NCBI RefSeq assembly: GCF_037042905.1
Contig: NC_087245.1
Coordinates: 2,544,001-2,608,000, forward strand
Length of the DNA stretch: 64,000 nucleotides
Source of the DNA: Lytechinus pictus
Taxonomy: Eukaryota
Direction of reading: 5' to 3'
Each line of letters opens with the position of its first letter. The stretch's first letter is position 1. The position numbers were made by a program, and so were the translations under genes. Of this stretch, positions 1-13,659 are shown one piece after another. The notes beneath the pieces are model-generated. The model made no database searches. It saw nothing but the letters and a program-made list of their open reading frames with translations, and was not told the origin of the DNA.

Positions 1-3000
1 TTGACAAGCCAGGAGAATTGGTGATTTAAGGAATACCTCAATTTGTACATTATCATCTACATGTATTACCATATACCAGTCTTGCTGTATACCATATACG
101 CATTTTGCTGCATTCATGTATATAAGCTGCATGATTTTCTGCATTTTAGTTTGTTGATTGCAGCTGGTTCATGCTGATTGTGTCTTATTCTAATTTTCAT
201 CATATAATTTCTAAACAAAACTTGAGACCATCAAAAGTTATTACGTTAATTGCCGTATTATCAGGTTATTTGGAGTAAGTTTCATAGATTATGTGACTGA
301 AGTATATCTCTCTGGAAGTTGTATTCAAATTAATATGCAGAATGCTATGGTGTCTCCTATTGATATAAAAGGGAAAAAAATAAGTGCATTTTCACCTACA
401 TTGCTCTATTTTTTCCTTTTATACCACCATATGGGTGAAGGTTTTTTTTTGCATTAAAACAAAAGCACTTTGTGGTTAAACACCTCATTGTTTTCATTTT
501 AAACATGGATTCATACTGTTGGAAAACATGTTCACACTGAATTAAAGCACTTTCATTACATCTTGTATGTAAATCACATATAACAGCAAGAATATTATTG
601 TAGCAGTTGTTTTGTAGAATTGCTTGTACATTCTTCATCTTGGTACTACTATTACATAAGGGCATTAACTTTCTTTCCGTCATTTTTCTTTACATGTCAT
701 CTGTCAGTACATTGGTAGCTCTTCCTGATCATTTTGTTTCCATCCTTTTGTTTTCTTGGATTCCATATCCTCATATTTTCTTGGCATTAAATGAGAATCT
801 ACTGTTGTCTAGTGGATTGTATTTAGGGTAATAGACATTAGTTGTTGTTACATAGTTGCTGTACTGTAGTTGCAATGGTACTCTCATGTAATCACATTTA
901 TCATTAGTTTAAGTTAAACAATATCCCCCCCCAACAATCATGGTTTTAACATGAGTTTGAGGGATTAAACAGGCATTTTGAAATCCTTGTTCAAAATGTA
1001 GTTTTTGTGTCTCACCTTCATTGAAAACCACCATGGTTCGAAATCCAAAATGATTGTTTTCTAATTCGAAAAGAAAAAAATGAAAAATATTGGAGAATTG
1101 TATATCATGGAAATTCTAACTCCCTTGCTTGGAACAACTCATACACCTAGAAAAGTTGGGCATAAATTAAACTTTTTTCAAACTTTATTGTCACTACACA
1201 CTCTTTGTGTGAGTGTGTGTGAGAAGCAAGGATATAGTGGTGTTTATATTCCATTGCCATGGTAACAAATTAAAATAAACACTAAAGCCCATACATACTG
1301 TTCATGGAAGAATAAGAGAACATTGTTCTCTTTAAGTGCGCTCTGCCATTTTTCATGCTGACAGCTTAAAAATTATTATAGAAAATTGTGTGTCTATGCA
1401 ATAATGTGTTAAGAAAATGTTCATGTATATTTGGTAAGTGAAAGGCCAGTACAATTACACTGTAGCAGTGTTTGCATTCTCAATCATTTTTTGTTTCCAA
1501 CTTCATCAACCTTCCATACTATCTAGTCGTGCTTCAAGACCACAACAGCTGATGGCATGCTTCATGTTGTATTATTTTGTAATTAAATCTGTATGATAAG
1601 CTATGCAAATAATGAGAACATAAGAAATGGTGGTGCCCAAAGGGCAAGAGACTTCTACATTCATTTGATTTGTGCTCTTTACTTTCAATAAGCTCTATGT
1701 TTGTACATGGTTCAACATTTAATTCATGCTGATTTGAGCTTTGATTGGCAGGGAAGTTTAAAGTTCTTTATTACCCTCCATGGATGTACTATATCATGAA
1801 TGTGAAAAAAAACTATTTTCTCAGAAAGTATTGTTGTATGTGGTGTCTTAAACTGCAGCTTACTCTATGTATAGTCAGTCTGGTCAGAGATTAACAAACT
1901 AGTTGTGGGTTTAATAACAAATATACTGTCTAACATATTCATTTTCGTCTGATCCATTGTTCTGTCATTGTAGAAAAAATGGGATATATAAATATATATA
2001 AATAGACTAAACAATGTTCATTATAACTAGTTATATTTTCTTCAAGTATTTTATAAATGTGTACATATAGTGTACATAGCTGTTTTTATGTGTTCTTTTT
2101 AAGCTTGTGCAAAGCACTCATTAGATATCAAACAAAGAAGGGTAATGAAATATAACAAATTTTGAAACTTTTTGTTTTTAAAGATTATCATAGATTTACT
2201 CTGTGAGAGACAATATAATAGGTGTATTTGTCATTGCTATGGAGTTAATTTGCCTGTGTGTTATTGAGTTTTTATCAGTTTAAGTAAATCATCTTGCTCA
2301 TTTTACATTTTGGGGGACATCCAAGTTGTAGATAAGAGATATCAATCTATGTCGGTATTATGCCCTGTCATCACAAGTTATCTAAAATAATTTTCCATAA
2401 CAAAATTCTGAGGTCTGAATCATGATTATGATTAATGAGCAAGTGAGTTGTAAATCACGAATGATTTTTTAAATTTTTTAAATGAATATGATCTGAAATA
2501 ATTTTTTTTTAACATATGTTATGCGATGTTAATTTTGATCTTTCCGAATAATAATTATCTGGAGTAAGATATATGCAGGCATGTGAACATTAGAATTCTC
2601 CATTTATTACAAATACAATTATTGCCACTAAAATGGTAATTAATTTGGTAAGAAGGATATATAAACAAAATTGATTCCCAGATAACATTTGGTTAATTTT
2701 ACCATAGTATAAACATAATACGAATGTATTTTTTTGTATTAATTACTAGATCTAGAATTGTAAGGTTTTGCTGATTTATTGATAAATAGTGCATGGTATG
2801 TGGACTTTTTTTAATTTAAATCAAAGGCATCTAACAATCATTTGGTTAATGTATAATGGCATTAATGTGGTCTGTTTTAGAAAGATGTATAACTTAAATT
2901 ATGGCATTCCATATTGTTATAAATAGAGTACTAGTGTAACTGTGCATGCTCATCTTTTGATTGTGCCTTATGTAAAAAAATAAAAATAAAAAATCAATCT

Positions 3001-3254
3001 ACACATGTCTGTATACATGAGGTATATCTTTTGTAAATAGGGGAATATATATATGAATATATATTACAAAATCTTGTGCATATAATTAAACTGACCAACA
3101 TGAAAACAATCTTTGAGTTTTGTATTTTGTTTGTAATATGGGTCCACAGAATGTGTATGAAATATCAATATACTTGACGCTTATTGAAGGCTGACTTATG
3201 TAGATTTAACTGTTCATTTACTTGTCTTTTAGTATTCTCTTTTCCAAATACATG

Positions 3255-3556
3255 GGTCCGTATTCTGAAGTCAGGTTTAAGTTAGACCACGGTCTAACTC
3301 TCTGCTAAAATTACGGGGAGCCAAAACTTCAAAAATTATGTTTATATTGTATATTTCTTATGTTTACTATTTTGTTTCCTTTTGCTTTCATAATGAAGAA
3401 TACTTCAGTTATCATTCCCAGACAATTATGAACAATTTGGGTGTCATTAGTTAATAAATGGAATGTGTTTTGATAAGGATTTATGCCCCAATTGGCTTTT
3501 CATAACCACAACTTTAAACCAGGGTTTAATTTAAACTCAAGTTCAGAATACGGGCC
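3255..3556. mobile_element. About 300-bp MITE, PIF/Harbinger-like termini
   Basis: Imperfect TIRs ggtccgtattctgaagtcaggtttaa / ttaaactcaagttcagaatacgggcc; TSD unclear. Confidence 0.7.
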
Positions 3557-4726
3557 ATAGTCTGTTGAGCAAACTCTTCACTGGAGTTCACTTCACTGCA
3601 ATGACTTATCCAGAAGGTGCTTTCAAACAGCAAGATTTATATGCAATATTCTTTTATGAAAACCCCCGTGTTGATCAAAGTTTCAATCAGGGTCTATCCC
3701 TTCAGACCTCCCACCCCCCCCCCCATACCAATAAGTAATTGAGGCATACCATTTCAGACGAGGCTAAAAACTGAGTTTGAGGCCCCTTGGAAATCAACAT
3801 CTTGTGTGGATGTTTAATATCCATGTTTTCATGTTGAATAATATTATGTGGGACAATAAAGTTTTGCAAAGAGGGTTTTTTTAAGTGGGTCAGGGACCTG
3901 AAATGCGCTTAGGATTTTAATGTTTCCATTCAAGTCATCAGATGTACCTTCTTGCATCCAACACTTTTAACACAAAATGGAAATCTGAATTTATGACAGG
4001 ACCAATAATAAAATGCTCCCCCCCCCCCATTTCTCCTTGAAACCACATCATAAAAGGGCCAGACTGGGAAAAACACAAAATCTTATGTCAATAGATCTTT
4101 ATACCAGTTTGTATCTGATTTTGAAATTTCAAAATAATCACTCTTCACCGCATTCCTCCATACACATACTCGCATTTCATTTTATCTTAACTACACCCTG
4201 TTACTGCACATTTTCAAATGTGTAATTTAACAAAATATGCTTTAATGTGCAGTAACGGGTCCCCTTTTTAAATGTCACACATTGCATCACCGATCATTAA
4301 ATTCGAGATAAATTTGTTCTTTCTGAGAGGAATGTAAGTTTATAAAGAAATTGATTTCTTCCGATATTATTGGCCTCAATAAATCATTACACTATTCATC
4401 ATAATATAGTTCGCTTTTGTAATCACTTTTGTGAATTATGATTGTTGTCCTGCTTATTCCATTTCGATGTCTTGGTAATAAGGAATAATGAAATTGTTTC
4501 TTACAATGCATTTCCTGTATATAAACCAGGTTCCAAAAGAAAGGGATCCATTTTTACAAGGGCACTGCACAAATTCCACTGAATCAAGCTGAACAATGTT
4601 CTTTCACATGCTAGCTTCAATAATCTTTCCTAAGCACATGTCAATAATTAAGAGATTGGCCGGAGATTGGTTAAATCACAGAGAAGATATAGCCTCTCAC
4701 ATCAATTGGTTTCAGAATCCAAAGTG

Positions 4727-6060
4727 ATAGATTGATTGATTTCATTTATTTTCCATTAAAAATATACAAAGTCAAGATATACAAACAAACATTACAAAGT
4801 ATAAAAATGAGACATTATACATATGACGTATCATACACATACTTTTAGAAAAACACAACAGTTCATTATATGTATATATATATCAGGAAAATTGGATGCC
4901 CATGAAAGCAGTATGCTTCTTAAGTTGGGTCACCCCAAAAAATATATTAATCGGTAAATGATAGAATACAAAATACAGTCATTTGAAATACTGAACGGAT
5001 AAAACTTCCATCAATGATAAAGATATATTGCATTTATATGATACTTACAACTAATAACCCAACCCACCCGCCCCCCCCCCCCCCCCCACCATGCATGTAT
5101 TTATGTAAGTATGTAAAGAATAGTTATGTACATATTAATAAGCGTCAAGGAGTTGCCTTTTTAACTGTTGTTTGAATGAAGATAATAAAGAAGAGTTTCT
5201 AACATTCATTGGTAAAGAATGCCATATGTCATGTATGTCTGGACCAGTGTGGTGAATAGACTTATGTGCTGTGGTTGTGATTGGATTTGCTAAATGAAAA
5301 TTGAGAGAATTTCTTGTGTCATAGGAATGAATATCACGATTTAGTGTAAACATGGTATGAAAATAATTGGGTAGCATATTCTATGTTAGTTTATACATGA
5401 ATATTCCGATTTGTAATTTATTAATATCGTGAATTTTTAAAAGACCGAGATTTTTTAATATAGGATTTGTGTGTGCTAGATAATGAGATTTTGTGCATAG
5501 TCTAATAGCTTTCTTTTGGAGTAATAATATCGAATCTAGGTGTGTTTTGTTCCCAGCTCCCCAAACGATATTGCCATATGACAAATATGATTAAAATAAA
5601 TGATTTATATAAAAGTAGTAAAACATTTTGTGGGAGCAAGTCTCTTATTTTATAAAGAATTCTAACAATGCGAGATGCAAGAATCGATATATTATTAACA
5701 TGGTTATTCCAATTCAAAGTTTCATCGAAGGTAATGCCCAAAAACTTGACATGGTCTTTCCTTTCTATGATTGTATTATTAATGTTGATATTAGGGCAAG
5801 AAGTGATCTTCTTATTTTTGGAGTGAAATACAATGAAATTTGTTTTGTTGATGTTAAGAACAAGTTTATTTAATTGAAACCAGTTAACAAGTTTTGGGAG
5901 TTCGTGGTTGAATGTGTCTATTGTACGATTTAGATCAGAATGAGAAAATAAATGTGTTGTGTCATCTGCAAATAAGAAGTGGGATAATTTTTTTGAATTG
6001 TTCAAAATATCATTAATATATATCAAAAATAAGAGTGGTCCCTGTGGAACACCCGTATTT
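4727..6060 (-). mobile_element. 5'-truncated, frameshifted LINE (CR1/L2-group reverse transcriptase C-terminal half plus 3' UTR)
   Basis: ORFs 5502..6170, 5381..5584 and 5135..5377 carry GVPQG, PLLFLIYIND, FADDT, KFLGI, YGNIVWG, QKKAIR. Minus-strand AATAAA and (AATC)n tail near 4727-4750. Confidence 0.92.
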
Positions 6061-8224
6061 TGCTTCACGATGTTTGATGATAGATGATGATAAGTTGTTG
6101 TCACAAAATGGCCAAAGAAATGGCCAACGAAAGACCAATGAAAATGAGATGGAATTAAACAAACTTCCAAGTTTATTACACATGCCCTTCACGGGCATTT
6201 TTAAGTCATTGCATCCATCACAAAGAAGCTATAGGAAGTCTGGGTAAAAGCAGGGGATAACCTGATCACGGTGTGTATCTGTGTGACGCTGACTCGTGGT
6301 CCTGGGAAGCGGGGGTGCTGGGGTATTATTCTCCATAGGCAGCACCCCTTGGAATTCATGTAGGTGTTAACAAATGGAGAAATGTTAGCAAAATGACTTG
6401 TATTTTGTAGTGAAACTTTGCATCACCACCCCAGTCAAAAAATCGTTCCGAGGGCCCTGGAGACCGTGTGGGATATGATAAACAGCTATTACGTGTAATC
6501 AATCGCAACTTCAAACAAGATGATGTCCACCAATCAGAAGCCATACAATAAAAACTTAGTTTTGACATGGACCTGTATGTCCATGGTTTTGATCGCAAAC
6601 GGCATGTAATTCATCTGTAAGTGCTTAGATATGCAAATAATCAGACTATTATGATTATTATAACACGTTGTCAGAATTTGAAAATGGCTGAATAAGGCTG
6701 TAAGCTAAGCTAATATGTGAATGTATAAGGTTTGGAATGATGTTGATTATACATGTATCAAAATAATTACTTTTAACCTGGTGATGAGATTCACAAATGG
6801 TTGCAGCTATTATTCCAGCCATTTTTTTTATTCTTGTTTTGTTAATCTTTTTCGCTTACAACTTATGTCATCTCATTTTATGACATATTAATTGCACTTG
6901 TAACTTTTTTCTCAACATTTTTTTTTGGAATGGGTTGTCATTGTTCTTACTGAAGCATATGGACCAATATTGTTAGGAGAAAGGGTTATAGATATAGGTC
7001 AATGTCTGAAAAGTGTAACACAACAGGATATGCCACACTGACTATGCTTTTCATGTTTTTGCCGAAGAAAAACAATTTGTTTTCTTTTTTCTTTATTACT
7101 AGGTGTCACAGAATGTATCTTGTCGAGATAGTACATATAGTTGTAACTTCATTGTAGCTGTCTTGTATTTCTTAATGTACAATCATGTTTTGGCTCCGGA
7201 TTGGACCTGTGGAATATCCCTTATTATGAATCATTACGTTTCAATCAAAAGCTTCTTTATTACTAAATTTATGAAAACATTAAACATTTCTTATTATGAA
7301 TTTAATATGTATGTGCACCGTTATTTGTTCTCTTTTTCGCATACATGACTTTGATATGAATATGGAATTAATGTTTTGTGAAAATTAGGTGTTTTTTTTT
7401 TTTAACATGCCGTAACTTTCTTTTCGATCTTGATGAAATTTTCAGCGTTGTGTTAATCATTTCATTTTTCATATTGATTCAATTCAACTAATTGTTCAAG
7501 CGGTCTTGTATTTCAAAATGAAACATTGCTTAATCCGTAATCACATCCATGTGTATTTCAGTTCTATTGGCATGTTTGATATGTATGCCTAGTAACACTG
7601 AAAGGGTGCCCTCTCACTGTGCTATTGGGCAAAGAGAAAAGGAGGGATATAGATTTACTGAGTGGCGAGTGCCTTCAAGCGGAGCAGATTAATGATTTCG
7701 CAAGGGTTTGTTATTTGTGGGTCGATATTTGTGGTCGCTTCAGCAACACCATCCCATTACAGTTTCCAAATTAAAAAAAAAATGTTTAAGAACTTTTTAA
7801 AACCTGTTACGTGTTACGAACATTGTGATACCTTTTACGCACCTCGGCGAAGTCTCAAATTTGCTACTTTTGCAATCATTTGCCACTCATACACAAGAAA
7901 ATTATTCAATAAATTTTATTGTCGCAAACAGCTTTCTTTTCACAGAAATTGTTATAACATTTAAAAGTTCAAATGACTCCTACACCGGCTAAATGAGAAA
8001 AAAAAATCGGCGAACGTTTGCGACGAAATTATCGTCCGTTGAAAATAAAACACAAATACCTATTAAAATTTTCGTTAGACATTGATTTATCATGCAAGAT
8101 ACTCTTTATATTGATGGATTGGAGCTTAAGTGTGTACTACATAATGTATAGACTATTTTATATGTTTGGAATATACGTGGCTTTCAATCCCGAAGTTTTC
8201 TTAAAACGTTCTGAGCTTGTATCA

Positions 8225-9240
8225 TTTTTAGTATGCCCGTCCTAGACGGGACGTATTATGGTATCACGCTTGGTGTCCGTCCGTCCGTTAACTTTTCCTT
8301 GTAAACGCGATAACTTCAGTTTGACTTATTCTAGGCTCATGTACTTTGGTGTGTATGATACTAGCATGGATCCAAAGGAAGCCTATTGATTTTGAGGTCA
8401 AAAGGTCAAAGTTCAAGGTCACAGTGATTGACATGTTTCATCTTACCCTTCTGCAGTCCTTCAGTTTTACTTAATCTAGGCTCATATAATTTGTTGTGTA
8501 TGTAACTAGCATGTATCCCAGGAAGCCTATTTATTTTGAGGTCAAAAGGCCAAGGTCACACTGACATGTTTTCATCTTACCCTTCTGAAGTCCTTGTAAA
8601 CGCGATAACTTTAGTTTAAATTAATCTAGGCTCATATAATTTGTTGTGTATGATACTAGCATGAATCCCAAGAAGCCTATTGATTTTGAGGTCAAAGGTC
8701 AAGGTCACAGTTACATTATTTTCATCTTACCCTTCTGCAGTCCTTGTAAACGCGATAACTTCAGTTTAACTTGACCTAGGCTCATATAATTTGGTGTTCA
8801 TGATACTAGCATAAATCCAGGAAGCCTTCTGATTTTGAGGTCAAAGGTCAAGGTCAGAGTTACATGTTTTCATCTTACCCTTCTGAAGTCCTTGTAAACG
8901 CGATTACTTCAGTTGAACCTAATCTAGGCTCATATAATTTGGTGTGCATGATACTAGCATGGATCCCCGGCCTTCTGATTTTGAGGTCAAAAGGTCAAAG
9001 GTCAAGGTCACAGTAACATGTTTTCATCTTACCCTTCTAAAGTCCTTGTTGAACTTAACCTAGGCTCATATAATTTGGTGTGTATGATACTAGCATAGAT
9101 CCTAGCAATTCTTTTGATTTTGAGGTCACAAGGTCAAAGGTGAAGTCGCCATCTTCCACTTTTCTTGCTTGACCAGTAACTCCATTTTCCGCGTTACAGA
9201 CGGGCGTATTATGTTCTCGCCTTAGCGACACTCTTGTTTT
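8225..9240 (+). mobile_element. HINE/DINE-1-like (Helentron-associated) non-autonomous element with about 7 x 120-bp internal tandem repeats
   Basis: T-run, 5' subTIR gtatgcccgtc with adjacent inverted copy, (GTCC)n, repeat units containing ttttgaggtcaaaggtcaaggtcac, 3' subTIR gacgggcgtat (9199-9209), hairpin tcgccttagcga, T-run. Confidence 0.8.
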
Positions 9241-10516
9241 AGTATTTCATTTATTGACTCTGATGAATTTCGAATCCCCAATATAATAATTATATTTTCG
9301 AATATATAATTACATTCAATGAGGTATTTCAGGCTCAAAATAATACGAAAATATTGAAATCTTTTCAGTGAAACATTTCTATGTGACTTATAGAAGTGTT
9401 TAATATTATGCAAGTATATTGCGAATATGCTTGATCGAACTTTTTTTTCTTATTCTAATTTTGAAATATGAAGCTTTTAATTTTGATTCGTTGTTTTGAT
9501 CTTACACAATAAAAGACACAATAAATCCGACCATTCGAGAAAAGGGCTCCATAAATTCTCGAAACATCGGATCCAGTTTACCCGACCATTCGATAACTTT
9601 GCTATAATTTTCATCGGGTAAACTGGACTCGCTCTTTTAGAATTTAGGGTGCCTTTTTCTCGAATGGTCAGGTTTGATGACACAAGCCCACTACTTATCA
9701 ATTCAGACCATGATGTGCATACGACTGGTCCGACTCACTTAATCGGACATTTTCTTTTGGTCCGTTGATGACTACTCCTCGTAATATTTACCTTGTTAAT
9801 TATCATAAACCCGATTCGTCAAGCTTGCAACGACTAAAGCAATGTGGTACTGTGGGAGAACCCTGCGCTTACAATGACGAGGGTCTGGCTTCGAATCACA
9901 GCAAGGGCAAGAAATTATTTCCCAAATTACTCTCTTTTTGTTTGAAATTGATGTGAGACTTTGAACAAATACATGTCTTTCTAGTGTGAAGTCTTCAAAA
10001 CAGATTATCTATGGCATTAAAAGAAAAAAAAAATAATCGCCTCCCGCATAAAACAATGCCGAACTTTAAAATGAAGTATACTTTTTCAGTTTTAGTTGAT
10101 TCTTCATGCATGGCCATGAGGCCTGTTTGTTATTTGTTCGACATTGATTCTTCTCTACTCATATCTAGATTGGACCTAAAAATAGGATCAGGGATATTGA
10201 AATTTCCATGCTCCATCATCAGAAGAATTCTAGAAATAGACTAGATTGACGTCAACAGCCCCTTATCCGGTCGGCCGGCAACAGCCACGCGAATAAAGAA
10301 GGCACTTATAATTGATCATGGACCTACTACAATATTGATATACATGTTTTGTTCAATTAACATTTTACGGAATCGTCCCAGAAACCACGACGTGCGACAT
10401 AAAAATCTGTATACACCAGTCTTAACTGTTCCTTCTTCTAAATTCAGTCAAGTCAGATATCGTCCGCCCAAAACATCCAGTCCGACATCCAGTAGCATTT
10501 AAAAGGAAAACGTCTT

Positions 10517-10785
10517 TCAATCTTCCCCTCTGATACAATGTTGCAGCTGCACTCGACATGGTTTCAACTGACACGAAATCTTCAAGTTCTTGAAGTACCT
10601 CTGGAGTTCAGCTCGTGCCTGTCGGTTCATAAAGGTATAAATGGCTGGGTCGAGTAAAACGTTTGTGAAGGCAAACCACATAGTCATCACACCAAACCAG
10701 TGATTGTCGGGCAGTGGTATGATATCCAGATGGACAAGAAGGTATGGTATCCAGCAGATGATTGTTGTGATCACTAACACAGCAC
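10517..10785 (-). CDS. GPCR-A terminal coding exon (TM6, TM7, helix 8); full protein 410 aa
   Basis: Acceptor tttgcag|GT GCT, CWIPY, DPAIY, stop at 10517. The four exons total 1233 nt = 411 codons in frame. Confidence 0.95.
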
Positions 10786-11191
10786 CTGCAAAATAAAGAT
10801 GGATTCTTTGAGGTGAATATAGAGTGTGAATCTTATCAAATAATTTTGATTTCTATATGCATGACAATGATACACAGGTCTATAACAGTTTCAAATTGAT
10901 GAGGCAAATATCAAGACTTTATCAAGTTACTCAAATGGGCTCAAATGTTCTGTAGATTAATTCTAAGATTGGAACAAACCATGTACATCCGGATCGAGGT
11001 ACGACTGGTACGACTATTGATGAGAAATAGAATATGGTAATATTGTTTCGTTTCTCCCAGCCTCTAGCATGACCGATGAGAGCCCATATGTCATTTCTAA
11101 CAAAAGTGAAAAGTGGTCCACATTTTCCATTTCATTAAGGTGACGATATCTGAGAAAATCTGCCACAGAGGCAACTACAATAAGAACTCAC

Positions 11192-11858
11192 CAATCGTAG
11201 CAACCCTTCTCTGTGCAGACCATTGCCTTTTCCTCGCTCCAAAACTTTTCTGCTTAAAAAGTCGCCTCCCTTTAGTCTTCAAATTTGCTCGTATCTTTCC
11301 TCTCGTTGTCTTAGACTCTACTCCACTTGAGGATACAACTGTACCCTCGGTTGAAGAGGTAACATTTGGAATTCCATGAACAGTCTCTGATTCAACCTTA
11401 GGATCATCCTCGAGCGGACGTGAGACTGAAGGTGGAGGCGAAGTGGTTTCATCACCTGTGGCGGAACACTCTTTACAGGATTTATCCCCCAGTCCTGTCT
11501 TTTTCAGTTTGGTACCAGTTTTCTTGAGATTGTAGATTATGGCGGCATAGAGGAGCAGCAGTAAAGGGATTTCAACTACGAGTAAGCTTATCCCAGCGAC
11601 GTAGAAGACGGGGTCAAGCCAAGGTGGGGAACAGTGTCTGGTTGTTGGGATATAGGTGTAAGATGATATCCAACCGGTCAGTGGTAGGATTGCCGAGATC
11701 AATGATGTCCCCCATGATATCGCGATGAATATGTAAACGCGTCTTCTGTTTGGCGGGAATCTTTGAGAGAGATTGACGACCAGGAATCGTTCTAATGTGA
11801 TGGTGAGGATGAGTGATGGGATAGCGAATGTGAACAACACAGCAAGGAAACCGTTTAC
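11192..11858 (-). CDS. GPCR-A coding exon 3 (TM3 to TM5 and long ICL3)
   Basis: Acceptor tttcag|GTAAAC and donor G|gtgagt; 667 nt. Contains VNGF...LERF, TM4 Trp, ECL2 HCSPPW, TM5 P...Y. Confidence 0.95.
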
Positions 11859-12880
11859 CTGAAACAAGACAAGACAGTAACTGAATTCAAATGGGTGAAA
11901 TGAAATAAGTAGATCAACTAATCTATTTCAACAAGCCTATATGAGTTTTAGCCAAAGTTTATGGGGATTAACTATGGTAAGATCATTACGCAACTGTTGA
12001 CCCCCCCCCCCCCCACTCCCGCAAAAAAGTGTTCGCGCACTGTATGAATTGAATTAAAACTTACAGAGAAATACAAAATTAGAGACACACACAAGTAGAT
12101 GAAAGTTCCACTAATTCTGACGAATAATTAGAAAATTACGAAAGTGGTAATGACTATCGGGAGTTGAAATGGCATAAGAGAATTTATTACGATGTAAGAA
12201 AGGGATTACTTCTCTATAGACCCCTCTCTATTTGTTCCAATACATAATTATGATCACGAAATTACATTTTTTTCAAAATATTTTCTCATAATAATTATTT
12301 TTTCGTTTACATTATGGTCTTATGAAGATATACTAAGATGAGAACACACCAAATTCCTGATAATTATGTCGGCCCTACACGGGAGATGAGAGATTTTTCT
12401 AGTCTTGTCGCAATCTATTTACCAAATCGTTAGACCAAATTAACATTATCGCTGTGATCCATTTTTTTTCAAAAAGACATTCTCATTCCTTGTCCGATTT
12501 CTTTGAAAATATTACCATTCTGATTCTCTCATTTCTATCACTTCACGCGAACCAGTTGTCAGAAAAGAAATGTATGGTTTTATTCAAAGTTACATTGGAT
12601 AATTACCCTTGGAAATGCAGCATATGAATGGGATGAAGGAACTTTAGGTTAATTTACATCAGAGAGAGAGAGTATAGATCAATATGGCTTGATATGTTCT
12701 TATGTATGTTTCAGGAAGTATGGTTCATTCGCATAATAGCTAGGTGTCTTGTCTGTTTTCCCAAATAAACATATTCACTTTCTAGTAGTTTCTTTATTTA
12801 ATCAGGGAATGTAACTTGAGAGCAAGACACAAATCCTGTATGTCCCATTTTATTCGTTAGATTTTCACATGGTGCTCATG

Positions 12881-13076
12881 AAGTCTGCTATGCAGACTCT
12901 GAATGGCTCGTGAATGGCTCGTGAGGTGGGATCTGCTGGTTTGCGAAGCAAACCAGCCTGAAAGGGCGAGCGAAGCGAGCCATTTCTGCAGCCTTAGTAG
13001 ACCTAGTCTGCTATGCAGACTCGTTGAATCAGCTGTGATACACACACTGCAGATGTGGGTCTACATTTGTAGACTA
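12881..13076. mobile_element. Short non-autonomous DNA element with 9-bp TSD and TAGTCT...AGACTA-type ends (Academ-like)
   Basis: gtgctcatg duplicated at 12872-12880 and 13077-13085; the left-end motif agtctgctatgcagactc recurs internally at about 13004. Confidence 0.7.
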
Positions 13077-13098
13077 GTGCTCATGTAGGCCTACATAC

Positions 13099-13312
13099 CT
13101 TGCATGCGTTGGTATTTCTCGTGAGATATTTTCCACCATCAAATACAGATATCATCGCGCATGGCATGGTGAAGAGGGCTACTCCTAGGTCCGCAATATT
13201 CAGAGAAAGAATGAGAAGATTGTGAGCGTGTTTCCGTAGACTACGTGTGTTGAGAATGACAAACGTGGCCATACCACTCGCCAGAATGGAACCAGGCATG
13301 ATGATGAAGAGA
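13099..13312 (-). CDS. GPCR-A coding exon 2 (TM1, TM2, start of TM3)
   Basis: Acceptor ttttcaatcaccag|T and donor AAG|gtatgt; 214 nt, same as the paralog. Encodes LLILSLNIADLGVALFTMP (TM2 with D2.50) and the TM3 Cys. Confidence 0.93.
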
Positions 13313-13659
13313 CTGGTGATTGAAAAAAAAAACATTAGAAGGAAAATTGGGTTGCTGCCAAAATGCATTTTGTTCGATATCACTTATGCTTATGTAAATT
13401 ACAAATAGTAAAGGAATTAAATGTGGGTTAGGCAAGAAACAAAATTTCTTTACACATGTGCACCACCCCCACAAAAAAAAAATCTTATGAAAAAACAAAT
13501 TCAGAATGGAAATATTTGATTGGATGCTTTGTCGTCCCGCATATCTGCACCAATGTTGTTGAATATTGGTGCAGATCCGCCCATATCCCCGGCCCACACA
13601 CATACAATGATTTTTTGGATTATATTTTGCCGTTTAAGGGCAGTAATTTCGTGTTTTCA

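Noticed and set aside
10640..10700. Opsin or biogenic amine receptor identity
   Set aside because: No Lys at 7.43 (F/Y) and no Asp at 3.32 (Ala) in either paralog.
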